Shown here: in pieces, positions 47,646 through 58,136 of the stretch | How the letters are laid out: each line of letters starts with the position of its first letter | Position numbering within the stretch: position 1 is the stretch's first letter | Source of the DNA: an uncultured Rhodospirillaceae bacterium | GTDB lineage: Bacteria > Pseudomonadota > Alphaproteobacteria > MPNO01 > UBA830 | NCBI GenBank assembly: GCA_963974055.1 | Contig: CAXBCP010000023.1 | Span: 11,666-75,665 of the forward strand | Direction: 5' to 3' | Length of the DNA: 64,000 bases | Made by a program: the position numbers and the translations under genes | The notes under the pieces: model-generated | What the model was told of the DNA's origin: nothing | Databases searched by the model: none | What the model saw: only the letters and a program-made list of their open reading frames with translations

Positions 47646-49078
47646 TCAGCAGCCTCTGTCTCAGCACGCATCGCTGCACCCGAAAGATCGAACAGTCCTA
47701 GCATGTCCTGCAGTTTTCGCATCTCAGAAATACGGATTTTGGCAGAATCGTCGCTATTCTGTCCCGTGTCGTTTCCGGGGTCCCGTTTGCGCCCGGCGCG
47801 GCGGCGCGGCGGCGCCCAGGCGGCTTCGAACCCCAGTTTCGCGGCTTCCTTGAGCCGCAGGTCGGCCTGATTGACGGACCGCACTTCGCCGGACAGCCCG
47901 ATTTCGCCGAATATGACGGTATCCGCCGCAAGCGGCTGGTCGAGGATCGCGGACACCAGTGCGGCGGCGACGGCGAGGTCGGCCGCCGGCTCGCTTATGC
48001 GCAGCCCGCCCGCAACGTTCAGATAGACGTCCCGCCCGGCCAGGCTTATGCCGCAGCGGGCTTCGAGCACCGCGAGCACCATGGCGAGACGCGCCGAATC
48101 CCAGCCGATCACGGCGCGCCGCGGGGTGCCGAGCGCGGACGGCGCCACAAGGGCCTGAATTTCCACCAGCACGGGGCGCGTGCCCTCCATGCCGGCGAAT
48201 ACAGCGGCGCCCGATACGTCGTCGCGCCGTTCGGACAGGAACAGCGCGGACGGGTTTTCGACCTGCATCAGGCCGGCGCCGGTCATTTCGAACACGCCGA
48301 TTTCGTCGGTCGGCCCGAAGCGGTTCTTGATGGCGCGCAGCAGCCGGAACTGGTGGCCGCGCTCGCCTTCGAAATACAGAACCGTATCGACCATGTGTTC
48401 GAGGACGCGGGGACCGGCAATGGCCCCGTCCTTGGTGACGTGGCCGACCAGAATGACGGTGAACCCCCGCCGTTTGGCAAGCCGGATGAGCGTGTCGGCG
48501 GTACTGCGCACCTGCGAAACGGAGCCCGGCGCGGAATCGAGATTGTCGAGATACATCGTCTGGATGGAGTCGATGATCACCATGCGCGGCGGGTTGGCGA
48601 CATCCAGGGTCGCCATGATATCGCGGACATTCGTCGCCGCGGCGAGCTGCACCGGCGACGAGGTCAGGCCGAGCCGGTCGGCGCGCATCCGGACCTGGTC
48701 GATGGCTTCCTCGCCCGAGATATAGGCGCAGGATGCGGACCTCGAAATTGCCGCGGCGACCTGCAGCAGGATCGTCGATTTTCCGATTCCGGGATCGCCG
48801 CCCACCAGCAGCGCCGAGCCGGGCACGAGCCCGCCGCCCGTTACCCTGTCGAATTCCAGCAGGCCGGAGGTCAGGCGCGGCGGCGGCTTGGTTTTTCCGT
48901 CCAGCGGAACGAATTCGATATTGCGGCCTTTTCCGGCGCCGAGACCTTTCGGTGTCGTGTCGGCGGCGATCTCTTCGGCGATGGAATTCCATTCGTTGCA
49001 GGAATCGCACTGGCCCTGCCATTTGCTGTAGGTCGCGGCGCAGTTCTGACAGGTGAACACGGTCGATTTCTTCGCCAT
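47642..49078 (-). CDS. radA: DNA repair protein RadA/Sms
   Basis: CQNC...CDSC zinc finger, GDPGIGKS, KNRFG. Confidence 0.97.
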   Translation of the reverse strand: MAKKSTVFTCQNCAATYSKWQGQCDSCNEWNSIAEEIAADTTPKGLGAGKGRNIEFVPLDGKTKPPPRLTSGLLEFDRVTGGGLVPGSALLVGGDPGIGKSTILLQVAAAISRSASCAYISGEEAIDQVRMRADRLGLTSSPVQLAAATNVRDIMATLDVANPPRMVIIDSIQTMYLDNLDSAPGSVSQVRSTADTLIRLAKRRGFTVILVGHVTKDGAIAGPRVLEHMVDTVLYFEGERGHQFRLLRAIKNRFGPTDEIGVFEMTGAGLMQVENPSALFLSERRDDVSGAAVFAGMEGTRPVLVEIQALVAPSALGTPRRAVIGWDSARLAMVLAVLEARCGISLAGRDVYLNVAGGLRISEPAADLAVAAALVSAILDQPLAADTVIFGEIGLSGEVRSVNQADLRLKEAAKLGFEAAWAPPRRRAGRKRDPGNDTGQNSDDSAKIRISEMRKLQDMLGLFDLSGAAMRAETEAAE

Positions 49079-49081
49079 CGC

Positions 49082-49870
49082 TCAGTCCGCCCCGGCGGTG
49101 GCGAGGTTTGTCGAAATCGGGCCGTCGACCCGGCCGTGGATGAACTGGTCGACATAGGGGTTGCCGCTGGCGTTGATCGCCCCGACATCGCCGACCCAGA
49201 TGATCTTGCCTTCGTAGATCATGGCGATGCGGTCGGCGATCCGCCGGGCGCTTTCCATGTCGTGGGTGATGGTCAGGGCGGTCGCCCCGAGTTCGCGCAC
49301 GCATTTGACGATCAGGCTGTCGATGACTTCGCCCATCAGCGGGTCGATTCCCGTTGTCGGCTCGTCGAAGAACAGGATCTCCGGATTGGCGGCGATCGCC
49401 CGGGCGAGGCCGACCCGTTTCTGCGCGCCGGCGGAGATATCGGCCGGAAACCGGTCGACGCCGTCGCTGTCCAGCCCGACCTGGCGGAGCCGCTCGATCG
49501 CGATTTCGCGGGCTTCGGCTTTTTCGACGCCATGGGCCGACATCAGACCGAAGGCGACGTTTTCCCAGAGCGGCAGCGAGTCGAACAGCGCCGCGCCCTG
49601 GAACAGCATGCCGAGCTTGCGGTTGATCCGGTCGCGGGCGGCGCCGGTGATGCCGACGACTTCTTCGCCGTCGATTTTGATCGACCCGGAATCCGGCGTC
49701 AGGATACCGACGATGTTCTTCAGCAGCACCGATTTGCCGCTGCCCGACCCCCCGATCACGGCCAGGGATTCGCCTTCGTATACGTCGAGATCGAGTCCCC
49801 GCAGGACGTGTTTTGTACCGAACGACTTGGTCAGCCCGCGAATGGCGATTTTGACCGGCGCCGCCGTCAT
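49082..49870 (-). CDS. mlaF: MlaF-like ABC transporter ATP-binding protein
   Basis: GGSGSGKS, FDEPTTGID, ITHD; degenerate signature ISAGAQKR. Confidence 0.85.
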   Translation of the reverse strand: MTAAPVKIAIRGLTKSFGTKHVLRGLDLDVYEGESLAVIGGSGSGKSVLLKNIVGILTPDSGSIKIDGEEVVGITGAARDRINRKLGMLFQGAALFDSLPLWENVAFGLMSAHGVEKAEAREIAIERLRQVGLDSDGVDRFPADISAGAQKRVGLARAIAANPEILFFDEPTTGIDPLMGEVIDSLIVKCVRELGATALTITHDMESARRIADRIAMIYEGKIIWVGDVGAINASGNPYVDQFIHGRVDGPISTNLATAGAD

Positions 49871-50640
49871 TTGGCGAAAAACGCTTCGGTGATCAGGTAA
49901 TTCGACGCCAGGATAAGGATCGATGCCGATACCACGGCGTTCGTCGTCGCCGCGCCGACGCCCTGGGCGCCGCCCTTGGAATAATACCCGTGGTAACACC
50001 CCATCAGGGCGATCAGGAAACCGAACACCGCGGCTTTGACGAGGCCGGATACCACGTCGATGAATTCGAGAAACTGCCAGGTGTTCTTCAGGTAGACGGC
50101 GGGGTTGAAATCCAGCTTGTGCACCGCGACCAGGTAGCCGCCGAATACGCCGATGATATCCGCGACCAGCACGCAGCACGGCAGCATCACCATCCCGGCG
50201 AGGAGACGCGGCGCAACCAGGTATTTGTAGGGGTTGGTCGCCAGGGTCGACAGGGCGTCTATCTGCTCTGTGACCCGCATGGTACCGATTTCGGCCGCCA
50301 TCGCGGCGCCGATCCGGCCCGCGATCATCAGCCCGGCGAGAACCGGGGCGAGTTCCCGCGTGATCGACAGGACGACCACGGTCGCGACCGCGCCCTCGGC
50401 GTTGAAGCGCGCAAAGCCGCTATAGCTCTGCAGTGCCAGAACCATGCCGGTAAACACCGCGGTCAGGCCGACCACGGGAAGCGAATAATACCCGATCTCG
50501 ATAATCTGGCGCAGCAGCAGCCGGGGATAGAAGGGCGGGCGGACGACGTGGCTGACGCTGATGCCCGCGAAAATGGCGAGACGTCCGGTCGAGGCCAGGA
50601 AACGCAGCAGGACGCGGCCGATGGCGGCAACGAAATTCAT
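49867..50640 (-). CDS. mlaE: MlaE-like ABC transporter permease
   Basis: RELAPVLAGLMIAGRIG...AEIGTMRVTEQIDAL. Confidence 0.92.
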   Translation of the reverse strand: MNFVAAIGRVLLRFLASTGRLAIFAGISVSHVVRPPFYPRLLLRQIIEIGYYSLPVVGLTAVFTGMVLALQSYSGFARFNAEGAVATVVVLSITRELAPVLAGLMIAGRIGAAMAAEIGTMRVTEQIDALSTLATNPYKYLVAPRLLAGMVMLPCCVLVADIIGVFGGYLVAVHKLDFNPAVYLKNTWQFLEFIDVVSGLVKAAVFGFLIALMGCYHGYYSKGGAQGVGAATTNAVVSASILILASNYLITEAFFAK

Positions 50641-51773
50641 GACCGATCCCCGCCGGCGGGGACGCCGCCGCCGGTATAGGTGCGGGCATAACGCTGGCCC
50701 AGCGCCGTCAGGATTTCATAGCCGATGGTGCCCGCCTCGTCGGCAAGGTCGTCGATCGTGTGCTGTTCGCAGATCATGTCGATATCGTCGCCCGTTCCGA
50801 TGGCGTGTGGCGGGACGGCGGAAATATCGAACGTTACCAGGTCCATTGAAACGCGCCCGACAACCGGCACTTTTACGCCGGCTGCGTATCCGTGCCCGCG
50901 ATTTCCCAGAGACCTAAGATATCCGTCCGCATATCCTGCCGCGACGGTCGCCAGACGGCTGCCCGCCGGTACCGATTGCGTCGCACCGTAGCCAACGGTC
51001 GATTCGCTGTCAACGACACGGATTTGCAGGATTTTCCCTTTTAAACCAACAGCTTGTTTCATCTTTTTCGGGGCGCCCGTCGACCGTGAAACGCCGTACA
51101 GCGCGGCCCCCGGCCGGGACAGGTCGTAGTGGAAATCGGGGCCGAGAAATATCCCCGCCGAATTGGCCAGCGATGCCGGCGCCGCCGGAAGCTCGGCCCG
51201 CAATGCGTCGAACTGGACGCGCTGTTCCCGGTTCATGGGGTGGCCGGAATCTTCGCCGCAGGCAAGATGGCTCATGATATAGGCGACCGAGATACCGTCG
51301 AGCGCATCCGGCGCGCGGGCGAGCGCGCCTGCTTCCGCCGGCGACAGGCCGAGACGGCGCATGCCGGTATCCAGCGACAGGATCGCCGCCGCGCCGCCGG
51401 TCGCGCGCCCGTGGTCCGCCCAGGCCGCGATATCCTCCGGGGTGTTCAGCACCGGGGTCAGGTCGAATGCCGCAATGTCTTTCGCCGTATCCGCGCCCAT
51501 CAGCCCGTTCAGGACATAAATCGCCGGCGCCGCGCCCAGCGCCGCCCGCAGGCGGATGCCCTCGTCGATGGTGGCGACGAAAAACCGGGTGCAGCCGGCG
51601 GCGGCGAGTGCGCGTCCTGCCTGTTCGAGGCCGACGCCGTAGCCGTCCGCCTTGACGACGGCGCCGCAGGCCGCCGGGGCCGTCCGTGCCGACAGGTCGC
51701 GCCAGTTTTCGGCGATCGCGTCCAGGTTGACGGTCAGGACGGCGCCGGGATGGCCGGAGGCGCGCGCCGTCAG
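50637..51773 (-). CDS. alr: Alanine racemase (probable CTG start)
   Basis: AVVKADGYG PLP-lysine motif lies upstream of the first ATG (51500); LDTGMRRLG, SLANSAG, RPGAALYG, VGYGAT, GRVSMD, TIGYEIL. Confidence 0.92.
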   Translation of the reverse strand: MTARASGHPGAVLTVNLDAIAENWRDLSARTAPAACGAVVKADGYGVGLEQAGRALAAAGCTRFFVATIDEGIRLRAALGAAPAIYVLNGLMGADTAKDIAAFDLTPVLNTPEDIAAWADHGRATGGAAAILSLDTGMRRLGLSPAEAGALARAPDALDGISVAYIMSHLACGEDSGHPMNREQRVQFDALRAELPAAPASLANSAGIFLGPDFHYDLSRPGAALYGVSRSTGAPKKMKQAVGLKGKILQIRVVDSESTVGYGATQSVPAGSRLATVAAGYADGYLRSLGNRGHGYAAGVKVPVVGRVSMDLVTFDISAVPPHAIGTGDDIDMICEQHTIDDLADEAGTIGYEILTALGQRYARTYTGGGVPAGGDRS

Positions 51774-53329
51774 AACGGCACGTCTCCCGGCGGCGGCGCG
51801 CCGTCGGCGTCGCGCGGATCGGCGTAGTCGTCCTCGTCTTCCAGGTTGTCGAATTTCGTGGCTTCGGGATAGAAGCGGAGCTTCACCGTGCCGGTCGGTC
51901 CGTGCCGCTGCTTGGCGATGATGACCTCGGCATGGCCGCGGACTTCGGCCATCGCTTCTTCCCAGATCATGTAGCGTTCGTTCAGCTTTTCATGGGATTC
52001 GTCGCCGCGCCGCGACGGTTCGGCGCGCTGCAGATAGTATTCGTCGCGATAGATGAACATCACGACGTCGGCGTCCTGTTCGATCGTGCCCGATTCACGC
52101 AGGTCGGCGAGCTGCGGGCGTTTGTCTTCGCGCTGTTCGACGGCGCGGCTGAGCTGCGACAGGGCGATCACCGGGACCTCCAGCTCCTTGGCCAGGGTTT
52201 TCAGCCCCCGGGTGATTTCCGAAATTTCCTGGACGCGGTTCTGTTCGCGCCCGCCGCCGCTGCCCTGCAGCAGTTGCAGGTAATCGACGACGATCAGTCC
52301 CAGGCCGTGCTGGCGTTTCAGGCGCCGCGCCCGGGTCCGCAGGGCGGAAACCGTGAGGGCAGGGGTGTCGTCGATATAAAGCGGGGCTTTCTGAAGCCGC
52401 TGGCTGGTCTGTACCAGACGGTCGAACTCGGTCTGGTTCAGCTCGCCCTTGCGGATCTTGTCCGACGCGATCTGGGCGCCTTCGGCAAGGATACGGGCTG
52501 CGAGCTGTTCGGCCGACATTTCGAGCGAGAAAAATCCGACCACCGGATCGTCGACCGGGGTTTCGTTGCCGTGTTCGTCGACGACGGTATCGGTCAGGTT
52601 GGCGACGTTGAAGGCGATATTGGTGGCCAGCGCCGTCTTGCCCATGGCCGGGCGGCCGGCGAGGACGATCAGATCGGACCTGTGCAGCCCGCCGAGCAGC
52701 AGGTCGAGCTGCCGGAACTGGGTCGGCACGCCGCCGAGCGCGCCGTCCCGGTTGAAGGCGACGGCCGCCATGTCGACCGCATCGCGGATGGATTCGGCGA
52801 AGCTCTGGAACCCGCCCTCGTAATTGCCCGTGGTCGCGAGGTCGTAAAGATACTGTTCCGCGCCTTCGACCTGGCGCATCGCGCTGTCTTCGGGATCGTG
52901 GGAGAACGCATGGTTGACGACATCGGTGCCGAGCTCGATCAGCTGGCGGCGCAGGAAAAGGTCGTAGATCAGGCGGCCGTAATCTTCGGCATTGATGATG
53001 GCGAAGGTCGCGCCCGCCAGCTCCGCGAGATAGCGGTGACCGCCGATTTCGGCGAATTCCTCGGTGTCGAAGACGTGTTTCAGGGTCGTCGGGTTGGCCT
53101 GCTGGCCGCGTTCGATCAGCTTGGCGCAGGCATCGTATATCCGCCCGTGGAGAGGGTCGAAGAAATGCTCCGGGCGCAGGAATTCGGAAATCCGTTCATA
53201 GGCGCGGTTGTTTTCCAGCACCGCGCCCAGAAGCCCCATTTCGGCCTCGATATTGTTCGGCGGCTGCCGATAGCCCTGGGTGTCTTCGCCCGGGGAGTCG
53301 TCTTCGTGCTGATGCAGCGTTGTGGCCAC
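51770..53329 (-). CDS. dnaB: Replicative DNA helicase
   Basis: PPNNIEAE, AGRPAMGKT, FSLEMS, VDYLQL, LSQLSR, DLRESGTIEQDAD, KQRHGPTG. Confidence 0.98.
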   Translation of the reverse strand: MATTLHQHEDDSPGEDTQGYRQPPNNIEAEMGLLGAVLENNRAYERISEFLRPEHFFDPLHGRIYDACAKLIERGQQANPTTLKHVFDTEEFAEIGGHRYLAELAGATFAIINAEDYGRLIYDLFLRRQLIELGTDVVNHAFSHDPEDSAMRQVEGAEQYLYDLATTGNYEGGFQSFAESIRDAVDMAAVAFNRDGALGGVPTQFRQLDLLLGGLHRSDLIVLAGRPAMGKTALATNIAFNVANLTDTVVDEHGNETPVDDPVVGFFSLEMSAEQLAARILAEGAQIASDKIRKGELNQTEFDRLVQTSQRLQKAPLYIDDTPALTVSALRTRARRLKRQHGLGLIVVDYLQLLQGSGGGREQNRVQEISEITRGLKTLAKELEVPVIALSQLSRAVEQREDKRPQLADLRESGTIEQDADVVMFIYRDEYYLQRAEPSRRGDESHEKLNERYMIWEEAMAEVRGHAEVIIAKQRHGPTGTVKLRFYPEATKFDNLEDEDDYADPRDADGAPPPGDVPF

Positions 53330-53446
53330 GATTCATTCTCCGGTTTTCGAGTATGCGGAGCCTACTGCGAATCGGCGATTCGCAGATTGCATTCCTCGTC
53401 TGCGATCCGTATTTGCGGTGGACGGTTCCGGTCTGCGGACCCTGTC

Positions 53447-53455
53447 TGTGGAATA
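53447..53455 (-). promoter_or_regulatory. DnaA-box-like site (8/9) upstream of dnaB
   Basis: TATTCCACA on the minus strand, about 120 bp before the dnaB start. Confidence 0.3.
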
Positions 53456-53555
53456 CGGGGAAAATAAGGCGAAGTCTGGGGACAACCGCGTTTTAATTCG
53501 CGATAGCGCTTCCCGCGGGCCTTGCGGCGAACACGGAACTGTGGGCAGGCGTCGG

Positions 53556-54800
53556 TCAGGCGGCCCGGGTGCGGTCGCCGCGCCGTTCCTTGTCCGCCTG
53601 CGCGCGTTCCCAGTCGACCATGTAATCGCGGGTCAGGGGCACCGTCTCGAGCGATTTGGTCAGCTGAATCTGGAACACCATCAGGTTTTCGTAGCGGAAA
53701 CCCATTTCGCAGATCACGAGATACAGGTCCCACATACGGCAGAATTTCTCGTCGTATATCGCAGCGACTTCGTCGCGGCGGGCTTCGAAGGCTTCGCGCC
53801 AGTGACGCAGGGTTTCGGCATAGTGAAGCCGCAATATCTCGATATCGGTGCAGATCAGGCCCGATTTTTCCACGACCGGCATTACCTCGGACAGCGCGGG
53901 TACGTCCGCGCCCGGGAAAATATACTTGCGGATAAACGGATTGATCGCGTTCGGGCGGTCGAGCCGGCCGATGGAGTGGATCACCGCCACGCCGTCATCG
54001 GTCAGCAGGTCGCGGAGCTTGTCGAAAAATTCCGCATAGTTCTTCTTGCCGACATGTTCGAACATGCCGACAGAAACGATCCGGTCGAATTTTTCGGGCA
54101 GTTCGCGGTAGTCCTGAAGCCGGAACCGGACGCGCTCGTCGATGCCGGCGGTTTTCGCCCGTTCGTTCGAAAGCTTGTGCTGCTCTGTGGACAGGGTCAC
54201 GCCGGTCACGTCGGCATCGGACACGTCGGCGATATACAGGCCGAGACCGCCCCAGCCGGAACCGATATCGAGAACGTTCAACCCGTCGCGGTCGAGCAGC
54301 AGTTTCGACGCCAGATGGCGTTTCTTGTTCAGCTGGGCGGTTTCCAGGTCTTCGTCGGGGCGCGTGAAATAGGCGCAGGAATACTGACGGTCCCGGTCGA
54401 GGAACAGTTCGTACAGTTCGGAAGACAGGTCGTAGTGATGGGCGACGTTCTTCCGGGCAATCCCGATCGGATTGTATTGCTTCAGCTTGCGGCTGCCGAG
54501 CCCGATCCAGCGCAGGACATCAAGTAACGGGAACGTCTCGATATATTTATAGTTGATCGCGGCAAGTTCAAGAAAATCGAACAGGGTGCCGTCCTCGATC
54601 TCCAGGTCGCCGTTCATATAGGCTTCCGCAACCGACAGGCCCGGGTTCAAAGGCAGCGTGTAGTTCAGGCTGGACTTGTTCAGCCGGACCGTGCACCGCG
54701 GCGGCGACCCGTCTCCAAAGACCCGCGTGTTGCCGCGGGCGTCGATGACGCGAATGGCCTGAGTCCGGATTCCGTACTTCATCAAAGACGTAAACAGCAT
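53556..54800 (-). CDS. cfa: Cyclopropane-fatty-acyl-phospholipid synthase family methyltransferase
   Basis: AHHYDLS, QYSCAYF, LDIGSGWGG, SVGMFEHVG, YIFPG, HYAETL. Confidence 0.9.
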   Translation of the reverse strand: MLFTSLMKYGIRTQAIRVIDARGNTRVFGDGSPPRCTVRLNKSSLNYTLPLNPGLSVAEAYMNGDLEIEDGTLFDFLELAAINYKYIETFPLLDVLRWIGLGSRKLKQYNPIGIARKNVAHHYDLSSELYELFLDRDRQYSCAYFTRPDEDLETAQLNKKRHLASKLLLDRDGLNVLDIGSGWGGLGLYIADVSDADVTGVTLSTEQHKLSNERAKTAGIDERVRFRLQDYRELPEKFDRIVSVGMFEHVGKKNYAEFFDKLRDLLTDDGVAVIHSIGRLDRPNAINPFIRKYIFPGADVPALSEVMPVVEKSGLICTDIEILRLHYAETLRHWREAFEARRDEVAAIYDEKFCRMWDLYLVICEMGFRYENLMVFQIQLTKSLETVPLTRDYMVDWERAQADKERRGDRTRAA

Positions 54801-55322
54801 GACCCGTCCCCCATGCTGATCCACACCCTTCGGACTTCCTGTCGGGGGTGCGCTCGATAATTGCCAAGAATAAGACAATATCGGTGCAAATTTCAAATGG
54901 CTTTGACCGGGATCAATCTATTGGCAGTCCCGCGCGTAAAGAAACAGTGCTGCGAAGAATACCCCGGTATTCATCGGTGCCGGGGACGCCGATCCGGATG
55001 CATTTGGCTCAAATCGTTGCCCGGAAACATTCAGCGAAAGATAACTATAGTCGCGGCGGCGGCGAATACATTCGCGAAAAGTTTCGGGCAATGACCGTTA
55101 TAGTTAACGGTTTTTTTTAATGATCACTGGAGTTGAAGCCGGGCGAAAACCGGGTCTCGCCCGAAGTAGTCTTTCGAACCCCCGGGAATATTGTAACGGA
55201 AAGCCATACACAAGGCGCGTTTGTTTGCTTTCGTCTGTGGTGGCATGTAATGTATTGATATTTAAGGATAAAATTTAATCCGGGGCAGCAAAGGGTAAAT
55301 TTGCCGAAAACTTTCCCCAAAC

Positions 55323-55331
55323 TTATCCACA
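55323..55331 (+). promoter_or_regulatory. Perfect DnaA box TTATCCACA in an AT-rich intergenic region
   Basis: Exact 9-mer between manC and cfa-dnaB. Confidence 0.35.
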
Positions 55332-55370
55332 GCGGGAAAGGTATAAATTTCAAAGACCTAGAGGGGATTT

Positions 55371-56795
55371 TTAGTCCCGTCCGTAAATATCTTCGTAGCG
55401 TTCGATGTCGTCTTCCCCGAGATAGCTGCCCGACTGAACCTCGATCAGGTTCAGCGGCACCTTGCCCGGATTGGACAGCCGGTGGACGGCCAGGGGCGGC
55501 AGGTAGACGGACTCGTTTTCGTGCAGGACGAACGTGTTGTCGTCTTTCGTCACTTCTGCGACGCCGTTGACGATAACCCAGTGCTCGGCGCGGTGATGGT
55601 GCCGCTGCAGGGACAACGAGGCGCCGGCATTCACGGTAATGCGCTTGACCTGGAAGCGGTCGCCGGCGTGAACGGTCTGGTAAAAGCCCCACGGCCGGTA
55701 GACCCGCGGATGCAGCGAGGATTCGTCGCGTTTCTCGCTCTTCAGCCGGTCGATAATCGACTTTACGTCCTGGGTGCGGTTCAACGGCAATACGAGCACG
55801 GCATCCATCGTCGCGACCACGGCAAGGTCTTCGACGCCGAGCACCGTCACCAGCGGCCCGTCGGAGGCGACGAAGGAATTTTTCGTCTCCAGCGCCAGGG
55901 CGTCGCCGCGGATGACATTCCCGCCGGAATCCTTGTCGCCGATCTCCCACAGCGAGGCCCAGGAGCCGACGTCGTTCCATCCGATATCCGCGGGTACAAC
56001 CGCGGCGCGCGCCGTGTGTTCCATCACCGCGTAATCGATAGACTTCGACGGGATGGCGGCAAAGGCGGCTTTGTCGAGGCGCAGGAAGTCGAGATCGGTC
56101 TCCGCGGTGGCCACCGAATCTTCGGCGCCCTTGCGGATTTCCGGCTCGAAGGTACTGCACTCTTCGAGGAAGCTCGCGGCCGAGAACAGGAACATGCCGC
56201 TGTTCCAGAAATAGGTCCCCCTGGCGAGATAGTCTTCGGCGGTCGCCCGGTCCGGTTTCTCGACGAAGCTGTCGACCCTGAAGACCCCTTCGCGGGTGCC
56301 GAGCCGGTCGCCGCCGGAAATATATCCGTAGCCGGTCTCGGCGCGGGTCGGTTTTATCCCGAAGGTCACAAGCGCGCCGTCCGACGCGGCTTCGGCGGCG
56401 GTCTTTACGGCGGCGCGGAACATGGCCACGTCCTTGATCAAATGGTCCGACGGCAGGACGAGCATCAGCGCGTCCGGCTCCCGCGCCGCGAGGATCGTCG
56501 CCGCAACCGCGACGGCGGGGGCGGTGTTGCGCGCGACCGGTTCCAGCACGATATGGCTCGGCGTGATGCCGGCTTCGCGAAGTTGCTGGGCGACGAGAAA
56601 GCGGTGCTCTTCGTTGCAGACCATAAGCGGCGCCGCGAACAGCGCCGGATCCGAGACCCGGGAAGCCGTTTCCTGCAGCAGGCTCTGGTCCGATACCAGG
56701 GGCAGGAACTGTTTCGGATAGGACGTCCGCGACTGGGGCCACAGGCGCGTCCCCGAACCGCCCGACAGTATCACCGGGTAAATTTTTGCCGCCAC
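55371..56795 (-). CDS. manC: Mannose-1-phosphate guanylyltransferase/mannose-6-phosphate isomerase
   Basis: ILSGGSGTRLWP...PKQF, EPVARNTAPA, FVEKPD, WNSGMF, SIDYAVME, RPWG, C-terminal cupin. Confidence 0.95.
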   Translation of the reverse strand: MAAKIYPVILSGGSGTRLWPQSRTSYPKQFLPLVSDQSLLQETASRVSDPALFAAPLMVCNEEHRFLVAQQLREAGITPSHIVLEPVARNTAPAVAVAATILAAREPDALMLVLPSDHLIKDVAMFRAAVKTAAEAASDGALVTFGIKPTRAETGYGYISGGDRLGTREGVFRVDSFVEKPDRATAEDYLARGTYFWNSGMFLFSAASFLEECSTFEPEIRKGAEDSVATAETDLDFLRLDKAAFAAIPSKSIDYAVMEHTARAAVVPADIGWNDVGSWASLWEIGDKDSGGNVIRGDALALETKNSFVASDGPLVTVLGVEDLAVVATMDAVLVLPLNRTQDVKSIIDRLKSEKRDESSLHPRVYRPWGFYQTVHAGDRFQVKRITVNAGASLSLQRHHHRAEHWVIVNGVAEVTKDDNTFVLHENESVYLPPLAVHRLSNPGKVPLNLIEVQSGSYLGEDDIERYEDIYGRD

Positions 56796-56930
56796 CTGAT
56801 CTCTCCCCCGACGCTTGCCGAAACTCTGTGCTGCTTTGCTAGAACATTTTCGTCCAATACGGAAGAAAACGTTCCAGGTCGTACTCCGTTTGCGCGGACT
56901 CGCGCGGGTGCCGTAAAAACAGGAAACGTT

Positions 56931-57812
56931 CTAGGTTACGGCGCACAGAACAATCCAGCCGATTGCCACACCGATCGCTCCGAAGAGAACCGCGATCGCT
57001 ATTTCGAGCTTCCGCTGGGCGATATGGACCTGGAGCAGGGGGCCGAGCTGCCCGCCGACGATCACCCCCGGAATCGAATAACAGACCAGGTTCCACGGAA
57101 TCGCTTCCAGCCCGCCGGCATAGATCAGCGCCGCCATCTGCACGACCGACGCCGCGGCGATGGTGACGATCACGATAAACACCGATGTCGCCGCGGCGAC
57201 GGCGACCGGCACGCGGTTGCGTTTGAGGAGCTGGGGCAGGATCACCTCGCCGATGCCGACCCCCAGGAACCCGGTCAGGACCGCGCCGATCGCGGTATAG
57301 ATGCCGCCGACAAACCCCTGTTTCGGTTTGCGGAACCGGTAGGTCTGGCCGTCGCGGCCCGTTACCGTGCGGATTTCCGCCCGGGCATCGACGGCGGCCT
57401 CGGCGGCGTTGCGAACGTCCGGCGTATGGCGCAGGAGCACCGGGCACAGGACAAGCATCAGCGCGGCGTATGCCGCTTGCAGCAGCAGTTCCTGTTTCTG
57501 CACAATGCCGAACATCAGCGCGCCGGCAACGGCGACGGGGACCGAAACACGGAGGAACGCCGTCGCGCTGTCAAAGTCGATGAGCCGCCGTCGGTAATAG
57601 CCGACGAAGCCGGACGAAAAGCCGAAGACGGTTGTCAGCAGCGCCGCGCCGATGGCGGCGGAGGTCGCAAGCGGGTATTCCGGACCCAGCAGCGGAAAAA
57701 TCACGACGAATACGGGGATGAACAGGGCCGCGCCGCCGATTCCGCCCAGCATCGCCAGGGTGGCGACGCATATCCCGACCGGGAACATAAACCAGTATTG
57801 CGTCCAATCCAT
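56931..57812 (-). CDS. TauE/SafE (sulfite exporter) family membrane protein
   Basis: GIGGAALFIP and GVGIGEV repeats, multiple TM helices. Confidence 0.85.
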   Translation of the reverse strand: MDWTQYWFMFPVGICVATLAMLGGIGGAALFIPVFVVIFPLLGPEYPLATSAAIGAALLTTVFGFSSGFVGYYRRRLIDFDSATAFLRVSVPVAVAGALMFGIVQKQELLLQAAYAALMLVLCPVLLRHTPDVRNAAEAAVDARAEIRTVTGRDGQTYRFRKPKQGFVGGIYTAIGAVLTGFLGVGIGEVILPQLLKRNRVPVAVAAATSVFIVIVTIAAASVVQMAALIYAGGLEAIPWNLVCYSIPGVIVGGQLGPLLQVHIAQRKLEIAIAVLFGAIGVAIGWIVLCAVT

Positions 57813-58136
57813 CTTTGACCCGGGAGGTTTTAACGGTGATCGCCGTCGGCGTGGCGGACGGGCAGGATAGCCGAATCTCTCGGTATCGCTATATTCGGAA
57901 AATCCCGGGCCCCTGCCGCCGGGCGCGCAAGCGGCGGGTGGATTGGATATTAACCATACCGGGTGTTCGATCGGACAAATTAACGAACTTTAAACGGTTC
58001 GACATGTATCAAACCCTACCGATTCTGGTACAAAGTCTGGTGTTGTTAACCAATTTGTTGTATGGCTTTGGGCGTTCGTCCGGGAATTGGCAGATTTTAC
58101 TTGGATCCAGATAGAGTACCGCTAGGAGGTAGAAGA

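Noticed and set aside
50637-51500. ORF-track ATG start for alr
   Set aside because: It would remove the catalytic PLP-lysine motif; the gene must start further upstream
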